Origin: Sulfolobus acidocaldarius DSM 639
Lineage (GTDB): Archaea; Thermoproteota; Thermoprotei_A; Sulfolobales; Sulfolobaceae
Reading direction: 5' to 3'
NCBI RefSeq assembly: GCF_000012285.1
Contig: NC_007181.1
Coordinates: 990,001-1,022,000, forward strand
DNA: 32,000 nucleotides
Shown in pieces: positions 17,433 to 25,232 of this stretch. The translations under genes were made by a program, and so were the position numbers. The notes beneath the pieces are model-generated. The model ran no database searches and was not told where the DNA came from. It saw only the letters and a program-made list of their open reading frames with translations. The first letter of the stretch is position 1. Every line of letters starts with the position of its first letter.

Positions 17433-18794
17433 ATGTTAAACGAATTCCTAAAGGAAGTCAGTGATAAGGGTATATTAGTTCTAAACGAGTCTGAGGGTTT
17501 TAAAAGGGATTGGACGCCTTTATTAGCCCTAAGGGAATTCTTAGGACAAAAAGTTGGAAAGCCGAGTGCGGTAATTAAACCAAAATCTGTGGAGGAGATC
17601 ACTGAAGTAATTAAACTAGCTAACAATTACAATGCATGTGTTGTTCCATATGCTGGAGGATCTAGTGTTGTAGGAGGTGCTTATCATAACTCTTGCACAA
17701 TTTTAGATCTATCTGAATTAAATAAGGTATTAGAACTTAATGAGGACGATCTAACGGTAACAGTTGAAGCCGGAATCAAAATTAAGGACTTAGAAGACAA
17801 GTTAAATTCCAAGGGTTATACATTAGATTATCACCCACAATCCTTTTTCCTAGCAACTATAGGAGGAGCTATAGCCCATAAAGGGTCTGGCTCCCACAGT
17901 AGTAGCAATATAGAAGAGTTATTGTTGTGGATTGAGGTAGTTTTACCTAACGGAGAAATTGTCAGAATAGGTCCAGATAAATCAGTCAGGAACTCAATGG
18001 GACCAGGAATGTTGAGTCTCTTTATAGGTTCTGAAGGTACATTGGGAGTTATCACCAAAGCAAAGCTGAAAATTAAACCCTTAGCAAATTATCATAAGGA
18101 TTTGGCATTTTACTTCAATTCAATTGACGACGCCATAAAATTTGCAAAAGAATATACGATAAGATTACCACCACCATACAGAGTTGTGATTCACGACAGT
18201 GAGAGCGCTAATTATATGTTAGGTCTTCCGTATTTCATCTCCTTGGTTAGAGTGAGGGGCTATGACCAAGAGCTTGTCGATGTAGAGGAGAGACTCATAA
18301 AAAGTATAGCGTTAAAGTATGGTGGTAAAGAGGGAGATAAAGAAACTGTAAGGAAATGGAGGGACGTCTTTGCAAGAAACTATGAGGCGAATTTTTTGAG
18401 TCTAGTCCAGTCTGGATATTGGACCGATACTCTTGACTTAGCTGGAAGTTGGAGTATAATTCCAAAAATTTACAAGGAGTTAAGGGAGAATCTGTACTTA
18501 ATTAATGGAGTCAAAAGTGTACTTTCAAGATTTACTCATCTATATATAAATGGCACGTGCTTATACGTTATGGTTATTTTGAGACAGGATCCTGAAGTAC
18601 TCTTGAAAGTCTGGGAGACTGCAGCTGAGGTGGTCATAAAGTGGGGAGGGTCTACATCTCATCATCATGGTGTAGGGTTTCTGAAAAAACCATGGATTCT
18701 AAGAGAAAAGGAGGATGAAGTGAGGCTATATAAGATGTTTAAGTTATCACTAGATAGTAAGGGGATTATGAACCCCGGTAAGTTAGTGGATTAA
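17433..18794 (+). CDS. FAD-linked oxidase (PCMH/VAO fold), alkyl-DHAP-synthase-like with HHH motif
   Basis: 453 aa. FAD_binding_4 signature is PSAVIKPKSVEEI...VVPYAGGSSVVGG. The C-terminal segment GSTSHHHGVGFLK resembles the AGPS HHH loop rather than the GEHGIG of GlcD/D-LDH. Confidence 0.75.
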   Translation: MLNEFLKEVSDKGILVLNESEGFKRDWTPLLALREFLGQKVGKPSAVIKPKSVEEITEVIKLANNYNACVVPYAGGSSVVGGAYHNSCTILDLSELNKVLELNEDDLTVTVEAGIKIKDLEDKLNSKGYTLDYHPQSFFLATIGGAIAHKGSGSHSSSNIEELLLWIEVVLPNGEIVRIGPDKSVRNSMGPGMLSLFIGSEGTLGVITKAKLKIKPLANYHKDLAFYFNSIDDAIKFAKEYTIRLPPPYRVVIHDSESANYMLGLPYFISLVRVRGYDQELVDVEERLIKSIALKYGGKEGDKETVRKWRDVFARNYEANFLSLVQSGYWTDTLDLAGSWSIIPKIYKELRENLYLINGVKSVLSRFTHLYINGTCLYVMVILRQDPEVLLKVWETAAEVVIKWGGSTSHHHGVGFLKKPWILREKEDEVRLYKMFKLSLDSKGIMNPGKLVD

Positions 18795-19651
18795 TTAAAG
18801 ATATTTTTAACGTCTAATAATTTCTTTAACTTTAGGTAGATTTCTTTTGGTCTATCCCTTGAATAATACTTAAACTGGCTTAACTTCTCCACGTCAGCAT
18901 CAAATATTACAAAGGCTTTAGAATTATATATCCAATAGGCATAGCTAGGATTTGAGAGTTCAATTATCTTCTTAAAACTTTCAAAAGTGTCATCTCCTTC
19001 AACAATTATTTCATCTCTTTCCCTGTCAACCTCAACCATAGGTACACCCTCGTCTACACTGAATCCCTGTAATAACACTTCTTCGGAAAAAGATGCATGG
19101 ACATTAAATCTCCCGTCATATTCTACAAGTAATACTAATGGTCTTAATGAGGAAACTTTCATAATTTCCTCTTCAGTTGCATCGTTTTTGTCATACGTCA
19201 GTATTCTTCTGGGCTTTTCAAATAATTTTAATTCAGCACGCGAAATAGCCCCCAAAAGACCCATGGAACCGACAAAGACCTTCCATTTCATCCCACCATA
19301 AGGTGTCAGAAACCTAGTCCATAGTGTGAAATCTGATGGTCTCCCATAAGATGTAGTGAGTGGGGATATAGGATTAATAGCCAATAGCCCTCCTATTGTA
19401 CCGTCGTAAAGTGTTGGGAGTAGTAGCCCATTTTCACTAGCTTCCTTCCTAATCTTTGTTACATCAGCACCAGCTAATGCTTGGACTTTACCATCCTTGA
19501 TCTCATACCAATTCATGTTTTTAGTGTAGACATATTCATCAACTTTAGATATCCTACCATGTCTACCATAACCTAAGACCTGGATCTTCTTATTGTCAAG
19601 GTATGCTGACCGTATAATTCTGAATAATTCTTCTTCACTATGAATATCCAT
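18791..19651 (-). CDS. FAD-binding (PCMH-type) domain protein, GlcE-like, lacking an obvious cap/substrate domain
   Basis: 286 aa containing TIGGLLAINPISP and GSMGLLGAISRAELKLFEKP, which match the FAD_binding_4 core. It is convergent with the 17433 gene, with a 4-nt stop overlap. Confidence 0.6.
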   Translation of the reverse strand: MDIHSEEELFRIIRSAYLDNKKIQVLGYGRHGRISKVDEYVYTKNMNWYEIKDGKVQALAGADVTKIRKEASENGLLLPTLYDGTIGGLLAINPISPLTTSYGRPSDFTLWTRFLTPYGGMKWKVFVGSMGLLGAISRAELKLFEKPRRILTYDKNDATEEEIMKVSSLRPLVLLVEYDGRFNVHASFSEEVLLQGFSVDEGVPMVEVDRERDEIIVEGDDTFESFKKIIELSNPSYAYWIYNSKAFVIFDADVEKLSQFKYYSRDRPKEIYLKLKKLLDVKNIFN

Positions 19652-19742
19652 TTGAAAATTATATGTTTATAAAAAGTTTAAATACCCTATCTCTACATCA
19701 GAAAGTCTTAATGTTTTTATTTTTACTTGTCTCATTTATCTT

Positions 19743-20216
19743 ATGCCCAAAGTAGCGGTAATTATGGGAAGTAAGAACGATTGGGAATATATGAAGGATG
19801 CAGTGGATATTTTGAAAGAGTTTGGAGTGGAAGTTGAGGTAAGGGTTGTTTCGGCTCATAGAACCCCAGAGTTTATGATGGAGTTTGCGAAAACTGCGTC
19901 CCAAAAAGGGATTGAAGTAATAATTGCTGGAGCTGGAGGAGCAGCCCATTTACCAGGAATGACTGCTTCCTTAACTCACCTACCTGTTATAGGTGTTCCT
20001 GTGCCTTCTAAGAACCTAAATGGACTTGACTCACTGTTATCTATAGTTCAGATGCCTTATGGGGTTCCAGTAGCTACAGTTGCTATAGGAAATAGTAAAA
20101 ACGCAGCATTGCTAGCACTAAGAATATTAGGAATTAAGTACTCAGAGATTGCCGAGAGAATTAAGAAGTTTATGGAGGATATGAAAAGTGAAGTCCTTAA
20201 CACGAAACTACCTTAA
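19743..20216 (+). CDS. purE: N5-carboxyaminoimidazole ribonucleotide mutase (class I PurE)
   Basis: 157 aa with [11 protein letters not shown], the SAHRTP class I signature and [11 protein letters not shown]. Confidence 0.93.
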   Translation: MPKVAVIMGSKNDWEYMKDAVDILKEFGVEVEVRVVSAHRTPEFMMEFAKTASQKGIEVIIAGAGGAAHLPGMTASLTHLPVIGVPVPSKNLNGLDSLLSIVQMPYGVPVATVAIGNSKNAALLALRILGIKYSEIAERIKKFMEDMKSEVLNTKLP

Positions 20217-21282
20217 AATTGGAATTCTAGGTGGAGGGCAATTAGGGTGGATGATGATATTAGAGGGAAGAAAATATCCATTCACTTTCTATGTTTTAGA
20301 TGATCCAAACACACCAGGGTGTAGAATAGCAGATAAATGCTTTCCGCCAGAAAAGTACAAAGAAATGATAGATGAAGTTGATGTGGTTACTTTCGAATTT
20401 GAACATGTACTAGATAAAGCTTTAGAATATGCACAGGAGAAGGAGAAACTATTTCCTGGAATTAATAGCGTTGAGTTGAAAAGAGAAAGATATAAGGAGA
20501 AATTATACTATAAAGAACATAATTTACCTACACCTAGGTTTCTTGTTGCGGAAGACGGGGAAGAAGCATTGAAAATACTTAAAGAGGAGTTTAACGGTAT
20601 AGGAGTACTTAAGGAAAGCCTAGGTGGATACGACGGTAAAGGGCAATATTTCATCAAAGGTGATGTTAATAAATATGAGAATTTAAAGAGTAAGAAAGTT
20701 AAATTTGTAGTTGAAGAGTTTGTAAACTTCAACTATGAAGCCTCAATAATTGCTATGAGAGATAAAAACGGTAATTTCAAGGCATATCCCCCCACCTTTA
20801 ACTATAATGAAAAAGGAATCTTGGTCTATAATTATGGACCGTTACACGATAATAGGTTCGAGGAGATTGCTAAAAGACTTGCAGATTCTTTGAACTATGT
20901 AGGTACCATGGGAATAGAATTCTTTGTTAGAGACGGTGAAATTTTAATAAATGAGTTTGCTCCCAGGGTTCATAATACCGGTCATTACACACTGGACTCA
21001 GCTTACATTTCTCAGTTCGAACAACACATTAGAGCAATAACAGGGATAGAACTAGGTAGTACTGAATTACTTACTTTTGGAGGAATGGTCAATATACTGG
21101 GGACAGATGATGTCCCTCCAGAGGTACTAAGATATGGTAAAGTCTACTGGTACGGAAAGCCAGATGTTAAAAAGAGGAGAAAGATGGGTCACGTAAATGT
21201 AATAGGAAAAGATTTAGAGGAAGTAAAACAAAAAATTGATATTATTATGAAACTAATATATAAACAAGGTTTAGATTTATGA
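20188..21282 (+). CDS. purK: N5-carboxyaminoimidazole ribonucleotide synthetase (PurK, ATP-grasp)
   Basis: 364 aa with [11 protein letters not shown] near the N-terminus, an ATP-grasp body and HNTGH. The GTG start overlaps purE by 29 nt, and no alternative start lies upstream of the GGGQLG motif. Confidence 0.9.
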   Translation: MKSLTRNYLKIGILGGGQLGWMMILEGRKYPFTFYVLDDPNTPGCRIADKCFPPEKYKEMIDEVDVVTFEFEHVLDKALEYAQEKEKLFPGINSVELKRERYKEKLYYKEHNLPTPRFLVAEDGEEALKILKEEFNGIGVLKESLGGYDGKGQYFIKGDVNKYENLKSKKVKFVVEEFVNFNYEASIIAMRDKNGNFKAYPPTFNYNEKGILVYNYGPLHDNRFEEIAKRLADSLNYVGTMGIEFFVRDGEILINEFAPRVHNTGHYTLDSAYISQFEQHIRAITGIELGSTELLTFGGMVNILGTDDVPPEVLRYGKVYWYGKPDVKKRRKMGHVNVIGKDLEEVKQKIDIIMKLIYKQGLDL

Positions 21283-21623
21283 AAATCAGATTCAAACTAT
21301 GGTTAGAGACAGATGATGGAAGACCAGTATTAGGAAAGGGTGGTATAAATCTTTTGAAGGAAATTACACTTACTGGATCTATTTCTAAATCTGCGAAATC
21401 AATGAATGTATCTTACAAGTTCGCATGGGAGTACTTAAAGAAAGTTAATGAAATTTTAGGTGGGATTGACATGAAGAAAGGCGGTAAAGGAGCTGGCGGA
21501 ACAATACTGTCAGAGAAACTCGTGGATATAGTAAATTTGTATGAAGAAGCTCAAAAGGAAGTCCAAAATGTACTTGACAAGTACGAAAAGAGACTTAACG
21601 AGATTTTAGAGAAGTCAGATTAG
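21279..21623 (+). CDS. Stand-alone ModE N-terminal-domain-like HTH regulator (no Mop/TOBE domain)
   Basis: 114 aa. [36 protein letters not shown] and [13 protein letters not shown] align closely with the E. coli ModE N-terminal segments LLKHIALSGSISQGAKDAGISYKSAWDAINEMNQL and ATGGKGGGGAVLT. It overlaps purK by ATGA. Confidence 0.8.
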   Translation: MKIRFKLWLETDDGRPVLGKGGINLLKEITLTGSISKSAKSMNVSYKFAWEYLKKVNEILGGIDMKKGGKGAGGTILSEKLVDIVNLYEEAQKEVQNVLDKYEKRLNEILEKSD

Positions 21624-23611
21624 ATCTCTGAGTAGTTAAGAGGTATATTGTACCCATACTCTGTCCTAGTTATCTGCTTAAGTTCTCTGCTTATTCCCTC
21701 GATTGTAATCTCACCTCTGAGACCTCTGAGTATTAGATCATGAAACTCTGAAGGGACATAATCCAATCTTGGATCCATATTATAGAAATCTTTTATTACA
21801 TTTTCTCTCTTTGATGGATCTATAACAGCCTCCTCAATCTCTCTTTCTAACCATTCTGGGAATGGGAAATTATTCGTCAACGCAACGTAAAGGGATATGG
21901 TAAGCGAATAAACATCGAAATTGTACTCAGCCCTTCCACCGAATCTTTGCAGGGGGTGAGCATAATACGGAGTATAATGTATCACAGGAGTTCCCACTTT
22001 TACTGAGGAACCTAGGTCGGAAATCTTTGGAGTAATTTTCTCCTCTAGAAGTGCCTGCACAGCCTGTTCTCCGTACTTCGGTAATTTTCCATTAAGCAAT
22101 ATATTGGAGGGCTTTATGTCACAATGCACATATCCGTTTTTGTTAACGTGGATAATTGCATCAGCTATTTTAGAAAACATTATGGACACTATCTCTGGCC
22201 ATCTAGAGGAATGTCTCAATGTCGAATATTCGTTATTGGTTATAATTTGTCTAAGATCTCCTCCCTCCATATATTCCATTACAATCGCTGGGGGAGAGGA
22301 ATAATAATCGGTGAAATTCTCGTCTACAAAACTTGCAAATATCCTCACTATGTACTTGGAACCCTTAGATATCTCCTGTAATTTTGCAATTTCATATAAC
22401 ATCTCGTCATATCTGAACTCTTTCTTCACTATCTTCATGGCAAACTTTCTCATGCCCTTCTCCACCAACAAGACATAACCCATTCCTCCACTTCCTATTA
22501 CTTTTTCCACCTTATACCCGTAGAGTACATAACCGATCCATGAATTAGGGTCAAACTCATTTTGAGGTGTGTATAACTCATAAACCTTGATCTTGCCACA
22601 CGCATCAACCAAGCCCTCCCTACAAGCGAAGAAGAATTCCTTCTGCGCCTCCATGGGGGCATTCAGGTACTCCAGAGCAATTCCCTTAAGGTAAGCCGTA
22701 GAAGAGTTTCTCCTAATCTTTTCAGCCTCTTGTATTGTATCTAGAGCCTCCTTGAACTGTTGGTTCTGTATGTAAGCGTTAGCCAGAGATAAAATGTTTG
22801 TGAAGTCTCTTCTTCTCCTTACAGCCTCCTCAAAGTATTTAACAGCTTCCTTATGATTTTTCTTCCTTATGAAATGCCAGCCTAACTTTATCGCAGGTGC
22901 GTCATAAGTAGGTAGTATGGACAGAGCCTCGAATAGTGACTTGACATTATATGTCCTCTCAAACTCATCAATTAACAAATTCACTTTATCCCTTAATCTT
23001 TTCTCTAGTTCTCTGTATTTTTGCTCAGAGAAGAATGAGTATATTTTAAGTGCTTCTAGATATTCTTCTCTTTTCTCATAGCATTCAGCCACAGCCAATG
23101 ATTCCTCAGGATATTTTTTCTCGAGTGAATTGTATAATGTGATTGCCTCATCACATTTATTCATGCCTACAAGGGATATTATTGACCTCCTCACTACCTC
23201 TCCATACTTAGGAAACTCCTTGAGTAAGTATTTCACCAACTCGTAATTACCTTTCATTAAATCGAATAACTGGGGTAAGTTAGTTTTCAAAACAGGCTTT
23301 CCGTTTACGAAAACATAAGTGTTATCCTTCTTTACCTCATCTATTGAGCCGAAATGGATTATGAGAAAATCTTTGGCATCAAAGACATATGCGTTTAGGT
23401 TCTTTATCTCGTCAACTAATTTAGCCTCAACTATTTCCTTAACTTTAGATGACTCATGGACTGGTATTGAGGAAAGTTTAGGTTTTCCTTCCCTATACTC
23501 TTTCAATACATAGCCAATAACATTATCCTTCACCTTGAATTCGCTAGTTCTTATCAACGAACCATTCATGTAAAGGTAATAAACTCCGTCCTTAACGAAT
23601 GCTAAATCCAT
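21620..23611 (-). CDS. arnC: Hanks-type Ser/Thr protein kinase with TPR-like region, ArnC
   Basis: 663 aa. The N-terminal ~120 aa are unassigned, followed by helical TPR-like repeats. The C-terminal kinase has IGSGGMG (complement of about 22470-22497), AMK, HCDIKPSN and DLG. Counting genes from arnS (Saci_1181) puts it at Saci_1193, which is ArnC. Confidence 0.85.
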   Translation of the reverse strand: MDLAFVKDGVYYLYMNGSLIRTSEFKVKDNVIGYVLKEYREGKPKLSSIPVHESSKVKEIVEAKLVDEIKNLNAYVFDAKDFLIIHFGSIDEVKKDNTYVFVNGKPVLKTNLPQLFDLMKGNYELVKYLLKEFPKYGEVVRRSIISLVGMNKCDEAITLYNSLEKKYPEESLAVAECYEKREEYLEALKIYSFFSEQKYRELEKRLRDKVNLLIDEFERTYNVKSLFEALSILPTYDAPAIKLGWHFIRKKNHKEAVKYFEEAVRRRRDFTNILSLANAYIQNQQFKEALDTIQEAEKIRRNSSTAYLKGIALEYLNAPMEAQKEFFFACREGLVDACGKIKVYELYTPQNEFDPNSWIGYVLYGYKVEKVIGSGGMGYVLLVEKGMRKFAMKIVKKEFRYDEMLYEIAKLQEISKGSKYIVRIFASFVDENFTDYYSSPPAIVMEYMEGGDLRQIITNNEYSTLRHSSRWPEIVSIMFSKIADAIIHVNKNGYVHCDIKPSNILLNGKLPKYGEQAVQALLEEKITPKISDLGSSVKVGTPVIHYTPYYAHPLQRFGGRAEYNFDVYSLTISLYVALTNNFPFPEWLEREIEEAVIDPSKRENVIKDFYNMDPRLDYVPSEFHDLILRGLRGEITIEGISRELKQITRTEYGYNIPLNYSEI

Positions 23612-23632
23612 CCTAATTGTTGGGTATTATCC

Positions 23633-23657
23633 TAAAACTGTATTTAATAAAACTGTA
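23633..23657. promoter_or_regulatory. Direct repeat TAAAACTGTA x2 bracketing the predicted arnC TATA
   Basis: Copies lie at 23633-23642 and 23648-23657 (15-bp period), 22-46 nt upstream of the arnC ATG (23611). Minus-strand TTTTATTAAATA lies between and over them. Confidence 0.4.
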
Positions 23658-23794
23658 AATAATACATACCAAATCACTTGGTCTCTGGAATTATGGATTT
23701 AACAGAGTTGGCTTGACTTGTATTAATAGGGATAAAGCTTATATGGAAGTGATGCGTATGTATATGAAAAAAGTCGGCAAATAGGTGATATAAA

Positions 23795-23971
23795 ATGCAA
23801 CAGTACAGAGTTGTTTTTGAAGGGGCGTTCTACAAAATAGTGCAGGACGATATGGCTGAAGTATTACTTTTCGAGGGTAAGCCTGTATCAGCGACTTGCG
23901 TTGAACATGGAACACATAGAGATCTAAATTGCCCCCATATAGAAAGCCTTTTAAAAAAGATTTTTTATTAA
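23795..23971 (+). CDS. Unlisted small ORF (58 aa) with a SWIM-like Cys/His motif
   Basis: Below the ORF-track length cut-off. Translation is MQQYRVVFEGAFYKIVQDDMAEVLLFEGKPVSATCVEHGTHRDLNCPHIESLLKKIFY*. AGGTGAT (23783-23789) lies 5 nt upstream of the ATG and is complementary to the 16S 3' end. A candidate TATA CTTATATG lies at about 23740. By eye it is more GC-rich than flanking intergenic DNA. Confidence 0.5.
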   Translation: MQQYRVVFEGAFYKIVQDDMAEVLLFEGKPVSATCVEHGTHRDLNCPHIESLLKKIFY

Positions 23972-23972
23972 C

Positions 23973-24350
23973 TTAACCTTTCGAGCAAATCACACTTATT
24001 TCTATTAATGAGTCTCTGGGTAATTTGGCTACTTGCACTGTGACTCGGGCTGGAGGTCTGTTTGGAAAATATGTTGAGTATACTTCATTAAAGTCATTGA
24101 ACATATTCAGATCTTTTAGGTAAACGTTAGACATTACCACGTCTTGTAGAGTGAATCCAGCTGATTCAATTATCGCCTTTAGATTCTCCATCACAGCTTT
24201 AGTCTGTTCTTTTATTCCGCCCTTTACAAGTTCACCTGTCTTTGGGTCTATTGGTATTTGACCTGAAACGAATAGGAAATTTCCTACCTTAATAGCTTGA
24301 GAATATGGACCTATGGGTTTTGGAGCCTTTTCTGTATATATTACATCCAT
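23973..24350 (-). CDS. ridA: RidA/YjgF/L-PSP family reactive enamine/imine deaminase
   Basis: 125 aa with [31 protein letters not shown] and C-terminal [18 protein letters not shown], typical of the family. Confidence 0.9.
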   Translation of the reverse strand: MDVIYTEKAPKPIGPYSQAIKVGNFLFVSGQIPIDPKTGELVKGGIKEQTKAVMENLKAIIESAGFTLQDVVMSNVYLKDLNMFNDFNEVYSTYFPNRPPARVTVQVAKLPRDSLIEISVICSKG

Positions 24351-24390
24351 AATTTATACTCGATAGAGAGGAATAATATAGTTTTCACTT

Positions 24391-25209
24391 TCAACGAGCA
24401 AGATGTAGCTGGTAGTGAAGGGCTATAATCAGGTCTCTTTCAGTTACAATAGCAGTAGGTACATTATCATTATCAACAACTATTAATGAACCTATTCTCT
24501 CTAACAACATTTTTGCTGCTGCTTCATTTATAGACTTATTAGGATCTATGGTATGTACATTAGGAGTTTTAATATCCTTTATTTTCTCGTAATAAAATGT
24601 ATCTAAGCTGTTTTTTGAGAGATGTTTCAAGAAGTTCTTAAGTATGTCTGCAGCGGTAATTACACCTACGAGTTTACCTTCAGTATCAACTACTGGTAGT
24701 CTCCTAAACCCTCTCTTAACCATTAATTTTGCTCCCTCTACAACAGGCATATCCTCATAAATAGTTGTGACCCTTTTTGTCATAAACTTACTAACCGGAT
24801 AAACATGATCTAGATCCTGAAAAATTAGCATCATCTCCCTTTCCGTCACTATCCCTTTCACCTTTTTCTCCACATCAATCACAGGTAAGGAGCCTAGATT
24901 TCTGGCAACCATTATGGTTAATGCGTCTACCACATCATCGTCCTCATAAACATAAGCAGGCTTTGGTGACATCACTTTACTGATTTCCTTATTCAATAAT
25001 TCATATAATTGAGCCTGGTTACAAGTTTTCTCACATGCGTCGACAATACATGAAATTAAATCACGAGTGGAAACTATACCCTCAAGACTCTTATCGACAA
25101 TTATTACTCTTCCTATCCCCCTTGTATTAATTCGTTTAAATGCATCATATAGTTTATCATGTAAGCCTAACACTGGAGGATCTTGTAACATTATTGTTTT
25201 TATTTGCAT
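24391..25209 (-). CDS. CBS-domain protein (four CBS motifs, two Bateman modules), no catalytic domain
   Basis: 272 aa with a repeated pattern such as G.lpVvD...k..GivT.rDl (GSLPVIDVEKKVKGIVTEREM, RRLPVVDTEGKLVGVITAADI, GSLIVVDNDNVPTAIVTERDL). Confidence 0.85.
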   Translation of the reverse strand: MQIKTIMLQDPPVLGLHDKLYDAFKRINTRGIGRVIIVDKSLEGIVSTRDLISCIVDACEKTCNQAQLYELLNKEISKVMSPKPAYVYEDDDVVDALTIMVARNLGSLPVIDVEKKVKGIVTEREMMLIFQDLDHVYPVSKFMTKRVTTIYEDMPVVEGAKLMVKRGFRRLPVVDTEGKLVGVITAADILKNFLKHLSKNSLDTFYYEKIKDIKTPNVHTIDPNKSINEAAAKMLLERIGSLIVVDNDNVPTAIVTERDLIIALHYQLHLAR

Positions 25210-25232
25210 TATAATAAATTATGATTCACCTT

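Noticed and set aside
16666-18058. Antisense ORFs 16666-16917, 16835-17092, 17203-17394, 17387-17626 and 17831-18058
   Set aside because: Each overlaps the nucleoside hydrolase or the FAD oxidase CDS on the opposite strand. None has its own start context, and the compositions are typical of shadow ORFs.
18987-23513. Antisense or overlapping ORFs 18987-19301, 19698-19949, 20508-20732, 22104-22304, 22124-22381 and 23319-23513
   Set aside because: All are shadow ORFs of strongly supported genes (the FAD-domain protein, purE, purK and arnC). ORF 19698-19949 would also run across the purE promoter.
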